Part shown: positions 27,572 through 37,178 of the stretch, piece by piece | Numbering within the stretch: the first letter of the stretch is position 1 | Layout of the letters: each line of letters begins with the position of its first letter | Source: Alphaproteobacteria bacterium | GTDB taxonomy: Bacteria; Pseudomonadota; Alphaproteobacteria; DATDPM01 | Length of the DNA: 64,000 bases | NCBI GenBank assembly: GCA_041498815.1 | Contig: JBGQJC010000001.1 | Location: 49,773 to 113,772 of the forward strand | Direction of reading: 5' to 3' | Program-made: the position numbers and the translations under genes | Notes under the pieces: generated by a model | What the model was told of the DNA's origin: nothing | Database searches by the model: none | The model's input: only the letters and a program-made list of their open reading frames with translations

Positions 27572-29647
27572 TTGCGCCCCGAAATCCTGTTTCCCCTGTT
27601 CGCCCCGGTCACCGCCCTGCCGGGCATCGGGCCCCGTCTCGCCAAGCTGGTCGAGAAAGTGGCCGGGCCCAAGATCGTCGACCTCTTGTGGCATCTGCCC
27701 ACCGGCATCATCGACCGCCGCTATGCCCCGAAAATCCGCGACGCGGAGCCGGGCCGAATCGCGACCCTGACGGTAAAGGTCGATGCCCATATTCCGCCCC
27801 GCATCAAGCGCCTCCCCTACCGGGTGCACTGTTCCGACGATACCGGCGAGATCGAACTCGTCTTCTTCCACGCCCGGCCGGATTATTTGAAAACCGTGCT
27901 CCCCGTTGGGGAAACCCGCGTCGTCAGCGGAACCGTCGAGCATTTCCGCGATGCGATCCAGATGACCCACCCAGACCATATCGGCAGCTTGGCCGAACTC
28001 GCCCAGCTCCAGTCGGTCGAGCCCGTGTATCCCATGACCGCGGGGCTGACGGCCAAGCCCCTGGGAAAGGCTATTCGCGCCGCCCTTGAGCGCGCCCCAA
28101 GTCTTCCGGAATGGATCGACGCGGTGGCGGAGCGTCGCTGGCCGAATTGGCGGGACTCGATCGAAGCCGTCCATGCTCCGGCCTCCGAATCCGATCTTTC
28201 GCCCGAGACGCCCGCCAGAATGCGCCTTGCCTATGACGAGCTGTTGGCGAACCAATTGGCGCTGGCCATGATCCGCGCGCGCCAGCGCAAACTGCCGGGG
28301 CGCAGCATCGAGGGCGATGGAAAGCTGGTCGGACGCGCGCTCGTGGCCCTGCCCTTCGAACTCACCGCGTCGCAAGAGCAAGCCTTGGGCGAAATCCGGC
28401 GCGACATGGCGGCGCCCGCGCGCATGCTCCGGCTCCTTCTCGGTGACGTCGGCAGCGGCAAGACGGTGGTGGCGTTCTTGGCGATGCTCACCGCGGTCGA
28501 GGCCGGATACCAAGCGGCATTGATGGCGCCGACGGAAATCCTGGCGCGCCAGCATTTCGCGACCATCGAGCCCTTGGCGGCGCAAGCCGGCGTCCCGATC
28601 GCCCTGCTTACCGGCCGCGAAAAAGGCAAGGCGCGAAGCGCGGTGCATGAAGGCTTGGCTTCGGGCGCGATCAAGCTCGCGGTCGGGACCCATGCCCTGT
28701 TCCAGGAAGAGGTCGAATTCGCGGACCTGGCGCTCGCCGTCGTCGACGAGCAGCACCGGTTCGGCGTCCACGAGCGCATGGCCTTGGCGGGAAAAGGCGG
28801 GGCGGCCGACATCCTGGTCATGACGGCGACGCCCATTCCGCGCACCATGATGCTGACGGTCTACGGCGATCTCGATGTCTCGCGCCTCACCGAAAAACCG
28901 GCGGGGCGCAAGCCCGTGGATACCCGCGCGATTCCGCTGGAGCGCTACGACGAAGTCATCGCCGCGGTTTCGCGGACGATCCAGAACAAGGCCCGCGTTT
29001 ATTGGGTATGCCCGCTGGTGGCCGAATCCGAAGCCCTCGATCTTGCCGCGGCCGAAGAGCGTTTCGCGGAGCTCGCAAAGCGGTTCCCGGGCCGCGCCGG
29101 GCTCGTCCACGGCCGCATGAAGGGCCCGGACAAGGACCGGGTCATGGCCGCGTTCGCCGCCGGCGATCTCGATATCCTGGTCGCGACCACGGTGATCGAG
29201 GTCGGGGTGGACGTGCCCGAGGCGACCGTCATGGTGATCGAGCATGCCGAACGTTTCGGCCTTGCCCAGCTTCACCAGCTTCGCGGCCGGGTCGGGCGCT
29301 CACATCGCCCTTCCACCTGTCTGCTGCTTTACGCCACGCCGCTCTCGGAGACGGCGCGCGCCCGAATCACGATTCTGCGCGAGACCGACGACGGTTTCCG
29401 CATCGCCGAGGAGGACCTGCGCCTGCGCGGCGCCGGCGAGATTTTGGGGACGCGGCAAAGCGGCTTCGCGCAGTTCCGTCTCGCCGACCTCGTCCGCCAC
29501 GAGGCCCTTCTGGCCGCGGCATCGGGCGACGCCGAGCTGGTGCTGCGTAGCGATCCGGAGCTTTCGTCCGCGCGCGGCGCGGCGCTCAAGGTTCTGCTGT
29601 ACCTTTTCGAGCGCGACGCGATGGTCTCGACACTGCGTTCCGGGTAG
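27572..29647 (+). CDS. recG: ATP-dependent DNA helicase RecG (TTG start inferred)
   Basis: A wedge domain, then LLGDVGSGKTVVA, DEQHRFGV and the helicase C-terminal motifs. There is no in-frame ATG, and the TTG at 27572 gives MRPEILFPLFAP. Confidence 0.85.
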   Translation: MRPEILFPLFAPVTALPGIGPRLAKLVEKVAGPKIVDLLWHLPTGIIDRRYAPKIRDAEPGRIATLTVKVDAHIPPRIKRLPYRVHCSDDTGEIELVFFHARPDYLKTVLPVGETRVVSGTVEHFRDAIQMTHPDHIGSLAELAQLQSVEPVYPMTAGLTAKPLGKAIRAALERAPSLPEWIDAVAERRWPNWRDSIEAVHAPASESDLSPETPARMRLAYDELLANQLALAMIRARQRKLPGRSIEGDGKLVGRALVALPFELTASQEQALGEIRRDMAAPARMLRLLLGDVGSGKTVVAFLAMLTAVEAGYQAALMAPTEILARQHFATIEPLAAQAGVPIALLTGREKGKARSAVHEGLASGAIKLAVGTHALFQEEVEFADLALAVVDEQHRFGVHERMALAGKGGAADILVMTATPIPRTMMLTVYGDLDVSRLTEKPAGRKPVDTRAIPLERYDEVIAAVSRTIQNKARVYWVCPLVAESEALDLAAAEERFAELAKRFPGRAGLVHGRMKGPDKDRVMAAFAAGDLDILVATTVIEVGVDVPEATVMVIEHAERFGLAQLHQLRGRVGRSHRPSTCLLLYATPLSETARARITILRETDDGFRIAEEDLRLRGAGEILGTRQSGFAQFRLADLVRHEALLAAASGDAELVLRSDPELSSARGAALKVLLYLFERDAMVSTLRSG

Positions 29648-29748
29648 ACTCAGCAGCGCGGGGGGCCGAACGGCATGCCCTTGACCCTGGTCAAGGCGGA
29701 CTCGCCGCTCCTCCCCCAATGTCCGCCGCGAACTTGCGAGCCTGAACG

Positions 29749-31188
29749 ATGAGCTTGGCTGCCGAACAGCAACGGCCCGAACCGCCGCCCCAAAGCGCGC
29801 CGGCTGGCGATGCACCGCCGCAGGTTCCGCATCCTCGCCACCGCTTGGTTTGGGCAGGAGTCGCGGTCGCCGCCGCGTTGGCGATCCTTGGACTCGGCTA
29901 CCGTTACTTAGGCAACGCCAGCGCTGCCCCCGTGTATCGCTTCGGCACCGTCACGCTCGGCCCGGTGACCGCTTCCGTCATCGCCTCCGGCACGGTCAAT
30001 CCGGTTACCACGGTCCAGGTCGGATCGCAGGTTTCCGGCCGGATCAAGGAGCTCTACGCGGATTTCAATTCCCAGGTCACCAAAGGCCAATTGATCGCGC
30101 GGATCGATCCCGACGTCTTCGACACCCACGTCGCTCAGGCGGAAGCGGATCTTGCCGTCGCAAAGGCGGCCGTCGTGATGCAGCAGGCGGCGGTCGAGCG
30201 CTCCAAGACCGACCTTGAATCCGCCAAGGCCGATCTCACGGCTTTGGAGGCGCAGACGGTCAAGGCCCGCGCCGCGCTCGGCGATGCGGAGAAGAACTTC
30301 AAGCGGCAGAGCGAACTTTCGGTCTCGGGCGCCGCGGCGATGGCGACGCGCGACACGGCCGAAGCGAATTATGCCCAAACGAGGGCCCAGGTCGGAACGG
30401 CGCAGGCTCAAGCGCAAAGCCAAGAGGCGGCGATCCGTTCTGCGGAAGCACAGGTCCGCACCGCCGAGGCGACCGTGGTGTCGGCCGGGGCTCAGGTCGC
30501 GCTTAAAGCGGCCGCTCTGCGCGCCACCCAAGTGGATCTCGAACACACTTATATTCGTGCGCCGGTTGACGGGACGGTCGTGCTGCGGAACGTGGACGTC
30601 GGGCAGACGGTCGCCGCCAGCCTTCAGGCGCCTGTTCTGTTCACCATCGCGCGGGACCTGCGGGCGATGCAGGTAGATACCTCGATCGACGAGGCGGATG
30701 TCGGCGGAATCAAGGTCGGCCAGCGAGCCCTTTTCACGGTTGATGCCTATCCGGGCCACACCTTCGAGGGCGAGGTGGTACAAATTCGAATTGCGCCGCA
30801 GGTCGTTCAAAACGTCGTGACCTACGACGTCGTGACCTCCGCGCCGAATCCCGACCTGCTGTTGCTGCCCGGCCTCACGGCGAACGCGCGGGTCATCACG
30901 GCCGAGCGCAAGGATGCGCTGCTCGTGCCGAACGCGGCGTTGCGCTACGGCCAGGCGCAGGCGGCGAAGGCCGCGGCTCCGCCGGCCGGCGCGCAAGTCT
31001 TCGTGCTTGGGACCGATGGCAAGCCGCAAGCCGTGGCCGTGAAGCTCGGCATCGGCGACAACAACGTGACCGAGATCACCGGGGGCGCCCTTACGCCGGG
31101 CCAGCAAGTCATTGTCGGCGAGGCGCCGCCGGCCGGTGCCAAACCCGCGGCCTCGCTGCCGGGGTTCGGCGCCGGGCCCAGGATGTAA
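29749..31188 (+). CDS. macA: efflux periplasmic adaptor subunit (MacA/HlyD family)
   Basis: A membrane anchor, a coiled-coil and beta-barrel blocks (RIDPDVFDT ... IRAPVDGTVV). Confidence 0.8.
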   Translation: MSLAAEQQRPEPPPQSAPAGDAPPQVPHPRHRLVWAGVAVAAALAILGLGYRYLGNASAAPVYRFGTVTLGPVTASVIASGTVNPVTTVQVGSQVSGRIKELYADFNSQVTKGQLIARIDPDVFDTHVAQAEADLAVAKAAVVMQQAAVERSKTDLESAKADLTALEAQTVKARAALGDAEKNFKRQSELSVSGAAAMATRDTAEANYAQTRAQVGTAQAQAQSQEAAIRSAEAQVRTAEATVVSAGAQVALKAAALRATQVDLEHTYIRAPVDGTVVLRNVDVGQTVAASLQAPVLFTIARDLRAMQVDTSIDEADVGGIKVGQRALFTVDAYPGHTFEGEVVQIRIAPQVVQNVVTYDVVTSAPNPDLLLLPGLTANARVITAERKDALLVPNAALRYGQAQAAKAAAPPAGAQVFVLGTDGKPQAVAVKLGIGDNNVTEITGGALTPGQQVIVGEAPPAGAKPAASLPGFGAGPRM

Positions 31189-31190
31189 AA

Positions 31191-31937
31191 ATGACCGTCT
31201 GGCTCGTCGAGACCGAGGACCTGATCAAGGAATACCGGAGCGGCGAGCAGAGGCTTATGGCCGTACGCGACGTTTCGGTGAAAATCGCGCGGGGCGAGTT
31301 CGTGGCCATTATGGGGCCGTCCGGCTCCGGTAAATCTACCTTCATGAATCTCTTGGGCTGCCTCGACAGCCCGACCGCGGGCAAATACCGGCTCGACGGG
31401 CGCGACGTTTCGCGCCTCGACCGCGAGGCTCTCGCGCGCATCAGGAACCGCAGCATCGGATTCGTGTTCCAGCACTTCAATCTTTTGCCGCGGATGACCG
31501 CGCTGGAGAATGTCGAGCTGCCTCTCATCTATGCGGGAATCCCCGCCGCAGCCAGGCGTGCCAAGGCGCTGCGGCGCCTGCGCGAGGTGGGCCTTGTGGA
31601 ACGCGCCTACCACCAGCCGTCCCAGCTTTCGGGCGGCGAACAGCAGCGGGTCGCGATCGCCCGGGCGCTCGCCAACGATCCGATCCTGATCCTGGCGGAC
31701 GAGCCGACGGGCGCTCTCGATTCGCGCACCAGCATCGAGGTCATGGGCTTGTTCCAGCAACTGAACGACCAAGGCATCACCGTCGTGGTGGTCACCCACG
31801 AGTCCGACGTCGCGGCCTTTACCCGCCGGATCCTGAGCTTCCGCGACGGCCGGCTGGTCGGCGACCATCCGGTCGCCGCGCCGCGCCGCGCCGCGGAGAT
31901 GCTCGCAAAGCTCGCCCCGGTGGGTTCGGCGGCATGA
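31191..31937 (+). CDS. macB: ABC transporter ATP-binding protein (MacB-type, separate ATPase)
   Basis: Walker A GPSGSGKST, signature LSGGEQQRVAIARAL and Walker B ILILADEPTGALD. Confidence 0.9.
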   Translation: MTVWLVETEDLIKEYRSGEQRLMAVRDVSVKIARGEFVAIMGPSGSGKSTFMNLLGCLDSPTAGKYRLDGRDVSRLDREALARIRNRSIGFVFQHFNLLPRMTALENVELPLIYAGIPAAARRAKALRRLREVGLVERAYHQPSQLSGGEQQRVAIARALANDPILILADEPTGALDSRTSIEVMGLFQQLNDQGITVVVVTHESDVAAFTRRILSFRDGRLVGDHPVAAPRRAAEMLAKLAPVGSAA

Positions 31938-33166
31938 TGCTTCTTGCCAGCATCCGCATGGCGCTCGAGGCGCTGCGCCTCAACCTCTTGCGCAGCGCCT
32001 TGACGATGCTGGGCATCATCATCGGCGTCGCTTCGGTGATCACGATGATTGCGGTCGGTTCCGGCGCCGAAGCCCAGGTCGCCGAGCAGATCCGCACGCT
32101 CGGCTCGAACCTCATGATCGTGGTTTCCGGGGCGATCACTTCGGGCGGCGTGCGGCTGGGATTCGGAACCGAGCTGACGTTGAGCGAGGATGACGCGCTT
32201 GCCATAAAACGCGAGGTGCCCGAAACGCTGGTGGTGGCGCCGGGCGTGCGCGGCTCGGCCCAGGTCATTTACGGCAACGTCAATTGGTCCACCGTCATCT
32301 TCGGCACGACGCCCGATTTCATGATCGCGCGCGAATGGAACGTCGTCGAAGGCCGCATTTTCAGCCAAGCCGATGTGGAGGGCGCAGCCAAGGTCGCGCT
32401 CTTGGGGCAGACCGTCGCGCGCACCCTGTTCGGGGACGCCGATCCCGTCGGCCAGATGATCCGCGTCAAGAAGGTGCCCTTTACGGTGATTGGCGTCCTC
32501 GATCGCAAGGGCCAAAGCCTTTCGGGACAGGATCAGGACGACACCGTCATCATGCCGCTCTCGACGGCGCGCAACCGCGTCATCGGCGCCAGCCAGGCGA
32601 ACCGGCGCGCCGTCGGCGCCATCATCGTCAAGATGGAGCAAGGCGCAGACCTGCACGCGGGCGAGGATCAGATCAAGGGACTATTGCGCCAGAGGCACCA
32701 CATTCAACCCGGACAGGACGACGATTTCTGGACGCGAAACCTGTCCGACGTGGTCTTGGCCCAACAGGCCTCGACGCGCGCGCTGACCGTGCTATTGGCC
32801 GCCATCGCTTCGGTCTCGCTGGTGGTGGGCGGCATCGGCATCATGAACATCATGCTCGTCTCGGTGACCGAGCGCACCCGCGAGATCGGATTGCGCATGG
32901 CGATCGGCGCCCGCGCCCGCGAGATCCTGAGCCAGTTCCTGATCGAGGCGACGACGCTTTCGCTGGTCGGCGGCGCCGCCGGAATCGCGGTGGGCTTGGC
33001 CGCTTCGCTCATCATCGGCAATTGGGCGGGTTGGCAGACGCGGCTCGAGCCGCACTCGATCCTGCTGGCGGTCGGATTTTCGGCGACGGTTGGAATCTTC
33101 TTCGGGTTCTATCCGGCGCGAAAGGCTTCGCTTCTGCTCCCTATCGAGGCCTTGCGATACGAGTGA
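31934..33166 (+). CDS. ABC transporter permease (MacB/FtsX-like)
   Basis: A MacB periplasmic domain plus a FtsX 4-TM C-terminus. A 4-nt overlap with the upstream ATPase gene is present. Confidence 0.85.
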   Translation: MMLLASIRMALEALRLNLLRSALTMLGIIIGVASVITMIAVGSGAEAQVAEQIRTLGSNLMIVVSGAITSGGVRLGFGTELTLSEDDALAIKREVPETLVVAPGVRGSAQVIYGNVNWSTVIFGTTPDFMIAREWNVVEGRIFSQADVEGAAKVALLGQTVARTLFGDADPVGQMIRVKKVPFTVIGVLDRKGQSLSGQDQDDTVIMPLSTARNRVIGASQANRRAVGAIIVKMEQGADLHAGEDQIKGLLRQRHHIQPGQDDDFWTRNLSDVVLAQQASTRALTVLLAAIASVSLVVGGIGIMNIMLVSVTERTREIGLRMAIGARAREILSQFLIEATTLSLVGGAAGIAVGLAASLIIGNWAGWQTRLEPHSILLAVGFSATVGIFFGFYPARKASLLLPIEALRYE

Positions 33167-33172
33167 CGGGTG

Positions 33173-33961
33173 CTAGGCCTGCTTGCGTCCGCCTTCGTGG
33201 GAGGTCGCTACGCCGCGCGTTCTTGCCCTCAGCTCCGGCGGCCGGTCGTCGGGGGGCGACACGATGCCGCCCGAGATCACCATCTTGATCCCCTCCTCCA
33301 CCGTCATCGACAGCACGACGATTTCGCTGCGAGGCACGAATAGCAGGAATCCCGAGGTCGGGTTGGGCGTGGTCGGAACGAACACATTCACGACCTCTTC
33401 CTCGGTCAGCTCCTGAACCTCGCCTTCCGTGATCCCGGTGATGAAGCCAAGGCCCCAAATCCCGCGGCGCGGGTATTCGACCAGCACCACCTCGCGGAAA
33501 GCGGTCGAATGGGTGCCGACGACGGTTTCGGTGAGTTGCTTGACCGCGCCGTAGACCCCGCGCACCACCGGCATGCGTGCGAGCACGCGGTCGCTGAGGC
33601 GCAAGAACAGCCTTCCCGCCAAGTTGGAGGTCAAGGCGCCGACCAGGATAAGCCCGACGATGGCGACGATCAGGCCGAATCCGGGCAGGCCGAAGGGCAG
33701 GTAATTCTGGGGGTTGTAGCGCTCCGGGATGAGCGGGGTGACCCAGCCGTCGACGATGCCGACGAAGGTCAGAACCAGGTAAACCGTGATACCGATCGGC
33801 GCGGTAACCAGGATTCCGGCAATGAAATAGTTCCGCAGGCGCGCAGCCAACCCCCCGTGCCCCGGACGCGGGGCGCTTCGCGGGCCTTGCGCCGGAAGGT
33901 CCAAATCCTGCTGGCTGCCGGAGGTGCCGCCGGCATCCTGGGGTTTTTGAGGGGTCGGCAT
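33173..33961 (-). CDS. DUF502 family membrane protein
   Basis: Two N-terminal TM segments and a conserved VRGVYGAVKQL...FITG...FVPTTPNPTSGFL block. Confidence 0.65.
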   Translation of the reverse strand: MPTPQKPQDAGGTSGSQQDLDLPAQGPRSAPRPGHGGLAARLRNYFIAGILVTAPIGITVYLVLTFVGIVDGWVTPLIPERYNPQNYLPFGLPGFGLIVAIVGLILVGALTSNLAGRLFLRLSDRVLARMPVVRGVYGAVKQLTETVVGTHSTAFREVVLVEYPRRGIWGLGFITGITEGEVQELTEEEVVNVFVPTTPNPTSGFLLFVPRSEIVVLSMTVEEGIKMVISGGIVSPPDDRPPELRARTRGVATSHEGGRKQA

Positions 33962-34159
33962 GGGTTATTGCGGCCTGGTTGCGGGCGGCGGATCACAACA
34001 CGATAAACACACGCCGCGCAACGGCGTACCATGGAAGCGCAATTTCGCTTTTGCGGTTCCGGCCGGTGCCGGTCACAAACCCGTGAACGCCTGGGCGCGG
34101 CATTGGCAAGCGGCGCCATTGGCACGAAATTAAGCGCCCGCTGAGGAGCCCCGCAAATC

Positions 34160-35206
34160 ATGACCAACCGCCCCCGCTTGCTCGGATTGGCTACCGCCGT
34201 CCCTCCCCACCGTCTGCAGCAATCCGATGTCATCGCCCGCGCCGAAAAATTGTTCGACCGCGACGCGAGCGAGATCGAGCGCATGATGGGCGTTTACGGC
34301 AACGCCGGAATCGAAAGCCGGTATTCCTGTGTGCCGCTCGAATGGTACGAGCAGCCCCACGGCTGGACCGAGAAGAACCGGCTGTTCCTCGAGCACGCCG
34401 TGGACCTGCTGGAGCGCGCGACCGGCGACGTGCTTGGGCAAACCGGGCTCGACGCCGCCGACATCGACGGTATCGTCGCGGTTTCGACCACCGGCATCGC
34501 AACCCCCAGCTTGGACGCTCTTCTTATGGAGCGCATGGGGTTCCGCCGCGACGTCTGGCGGCTCCCCGTGTTCGGGCTCGGCTGCGCGGGCGGCGTGCTG
34601 GGCCTCGCCAGGGCGGCGGCGATGGCGGCGGGCGCGCCGAAACAGAAAATCCTCTATCTCGTGGTCGAGCTGTGCGCCCTCACCTTCCGCCGCTCCGACC
34701 AGTCCAAAAGCAACATCATCGCCACCGCCCTGTTCGGCGACGGCGCCGCCGCGGCGATCGTGAGCTGCGAGGGCGACGGCCCCGAAATCTCCGCCTGGGG
34801 CGAGCACTGCTGGCCCGACTCTCTCGAGGTGATGGGCTGGCAGGTCGAAGACGACGGATTGGGCGTGGTCTTTTCGCGTAATATTCCCAATATCATCCGG
34901 TCCGATCTTCGCGCGGCGACCGAAGCGTTTTTGCAGGCCAACGGACTTGCGCTCCCGGATATCGCGAGCTTCATCTGCCATCCCGGCGGGGCCAAGGTGA
35001 TCGAGGCGCTGGAAGACGCCTTCGGGCTTGTCCGGGGCGCCATGGCGGAAGGCCGCTCGGTGCTGCGGGACTTCGGCAACATGTCGGCCGCAACCATCAT
35101 GTTCGTGCTGCAGCGGGCATTGGGCGCAGCCGCTCCCGGCCGGGCCCTTTTACATGCGCTCGGGCCCGGCTTCACCGCCGGGTTCCTGCTGCTGAACCGG
35201 GCCTAA
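34160..35206 (+). CDS. type III polyketide synthase (chalcone/stilbene synthase family)
   Basis: Active-site Cys in GLGCAGG, His in CHPGGAKV and Asn in GNMSAAT. Confidence 0.85.
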   Translation: MTNRPRLLGLATAVPPHRLQQSDVIARAEKLFDRDASEIERMMGVYGNAGIESRYSCVPLEWYEQPHGWTEKNRLFLEHAVDLLERATGDVLGQTGLDAADIDGIVAVSTTGIATPSLDALLMERMGFRRDVWRLPVFGLGCAGGVLGLARAAAMAAGAPKQKILYLVVELCALTFRRSDQSKSNIIATALFGDGAAAAIVSCEGDGPEISAWGEHCWPDSLEVMGWQVEDDGLGVVFSRNIPNIIRSDLRAATEAFLQANGLALPDIASFICHPGGAKVIEALEDAFGLVRGAMAEGRSVLRDFGNMSAATIMFVLQRALGAAAPGRALLHALGPGFTAGFLLLNRA

Positions 35207-35211
35207 AGGCC

Positions 35212-35718
35212 ATGACGATGCACTACATCATCGTCGCCGCGATCGTGCTGCAGCGGCTGGCGGAGCTCGTCTATTCCCGCCGCAACTTGGAGCGGCTGGT
35301 GGCAAACGGCGCCGCCGTGATAGCGGAGCCTTCCTACCCCTGGCTCGTCGCCGTGCACACGGCCTGGATCGCGGCGCTGGTCATTGCGGTTCCGGCCGAC
35401 GCCCCGGTTCAAATCCCCTTCCTTGCGCTCTATCTGGTCCTTCTGGTGCTGCGGGTCTGGGTGATGACAAGCCTGGGGCGGTACTGGTGCACAAGGATCG
35501 TGACGCTGCCCGAAGCACCGCTGGTGACCAGCGGGCCTTACCGCTTCCTGCGGCACCCGAACTACGCGGTGGTGGCGGGCGAGATTCTGGTGGCGCCTCT
35601 CATCTTCGGCGCCTGGGAGATCGCGGCGATCTTCAGCGTGTTGAACGCGGCGCTGATCTATCTGCGGATCGAGCGCGAGGATGCGGTGCTGGCGGCGCGC
35701 CGCGCCCCGTCCATCTAA
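35212..35718 (+). CDS. isoprenylcysteine carboxyl methyltransferase (ICMT)-family membrane methyltransferase
   Basis: GPYRFLRHPNY plus a C-terminal E..E..Y block. It lies 6 bp after the PKS gene. Confidence 0.8.
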   Translation: MTMHYIIVAAIVLQRLAELVYSRRNLERLVANGAAVIAEPSYPWLVAVHTAWIAALVIAVPADAPVQIPFLALYLVLLVLRVWVMTSLGRYWCTRIVTLPEAPLVTSGPYRFLRHPNYAVVAGEILVAPLIFGAWEIAAIFSVLNAALIYLRIEREDAVLAARRAPSI

Positions 35719-35723
35719 ACCAT

Positions 35724-37178
35724 CTAAAGAAGGCCGCGCACCGCGGGCGCGGCGGTGATCCGGCCTTCGCCCGTGTAGGCCTCGTGGTTGGCCTCGATCT
35801 CGTCGATCTTATAGCGGTAGTTCACCATCAGCCCGGCCGACTGCGCCAAGCCCTTGGCGGAACGGTCGCCCAGCCAATTGAGGCGCTCGACCCGCGCCCC
35901 GTTGCCGAGGTGGAAATGCGCGACCCGGTCGCGTGCATTCGCCCCGCGCCGCTCCAGCAGCAGGTAGCGCGCGCAAAGCCGCAGCAACACGGGTTTCAAA
36001 AGCTCGACCTTTACCGCGTCGCCGACCCACGCCTGGTCGCGCAGCATTGCGAGCAACGCCGCGTTGCCGTCGTTGGCATGGGCGGCGGCCGCCAGCTCGT
36101 TCGCCTCGGGCGGCTCCAAGACCTCGTGGCCGGCGCCGATCTCGGCCTCCAGCCAGCGCATGAACGAAGGCATCGGCGACAGCGTCACGAATTGCCGGAG
36201 ATTGGGGAACTCGTGGGCGAGGTCCTCCACCACCCGTTTGATCAGGAATCCGCCGAAGCTGACGCCCACCAAACCCTTCTGGGCATTGGAGATCGAATAG
36301 AAGACAGCGGTGTCGGCGCTCTTCGGGTCCTGGCGGGGGGCGCCCTCGTCGAGAAGCGCCTGAACGTCCCCGGCCATGCCGGTGGTGAGGGCCGCCTCGA
36401 GGAAGATCAAAGGCTCGTCCGGCATGCGGGGGTGGAAGAAGGCGTAACAGCGCCGGTCGGAATCGAGCCGGTTCTTGAGATCGCCCCAGGAGCGGATCTG
36501 GTGCACCGCTTCGTAGTCGATGAGCTTTTCCAGCAAGGCGGCCGGCGACTCCCAGGTAATGCGCTTCAACTCCAGGATTCCGATGTCGAACCAGGACGCC
36601 AAGAGGTCGCGCAGTTCCGAGTCGAGCCCGGTCAGTTCGGGCTCCGACTTCGAGAACCGGATGAGGTCGGCGCGAAGGTCCGTCAGAAACTTAATTCCCT
36701 CGCCCAAGGTGCTGAACTGCCGCAGGAACTTGAGGCGCGGCGGAACGAGGGCCTGGCGCAAGTCCGAGACCGCCGCGGCAAAGGCGGGCTCGTTCTTTGC
36801 GGCGCTCAGGGAAGCGGCGGCGGCCGCGGCCGTTTTGCGGTCGAGGCCATAGTCGCGGGCCAAGAGACCGAGAAACCGGGCCCGGCCGGCATCGTTGAGA
36901 TCGAGATAGCAGGCACCTAGTTCCGCGGCCCTAGCGCGTGCCGAAACTTCGCCGCCTAAGGCTAGCAGGCACTCGTCGATGCGTTCGCGCAGGCGCGCGA
37001 GGTCGTCGGGCGGGAGATCGGGACGGAAGGCGCCGGAGAGGCGCAGCCGGGCCGTGCCGACGATGTCGCGCCAAGCGTTGATAAGGGCGCTTCGGGTGCG
37101 GCCAAAGAACCCGGCCCGATCCGGCATGCGCGCCACTGTGCCGGGTTCGCTCATTTCTTTCAAGGCCGTGGGCTTCAT
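35724..37178 (-). CDS. malonyl-CoA decarboxylase
   Basis: MCD family blocks (YSISNAQKGL...VAHFHLGNGA). Its start overlaps the upstream stop (ATGA). Confidence 0.8.
   Translation of the reverse strand: MKPTALKEMSEPGTVARMPDRAGFFGRTRSALINAWRDIVGTARLRLSGAFRPDLPPDDLARLRERIDECLLALGGEVSARARAAELGACYLDLNDAGRARFLGLLARDYGLDRKTAAAAAASLSAAKNEPAFAAAVSDLRQALVPPRLKFLRQFSTLGEGIKFLTDLRADLIRFSKSEPELTGLDSELRDLLASWFDIGILELKRITWESPAALLEKLIDYEAVHQIRSWGDLKNRLDSDRRCYAFFHPRMPDEPLIFLEAALTTGMAGDVQALLDEGAPRQDPKSADTAVFYSISNAQKGLVGVSFGGFLIKRVVEDLAHEFPNLRQFVTLSPMPSFMRWLEAEIGAGHEVLEPPEANELAAAAHANDGNAALLAMLRDQAWVGDAVKVELLKPVLLRLCARYLLLERRGANARDRVAHFHLGNGARVERLNWLGDRSAKGLAQSAGLMVNYRYKIDEIEANHEAYTGEGRITAAPAVRGLL

Noticed and set aside
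27548-29275. 575-aa ORF antisense to recG
   Set aside because: Low-complexity, and recG motifs lie on the opposite strand.
35487-36920. 477-aa ORF antisense to malonyl-CoA decarboxylase
   Set aside because: Antisense artefact.
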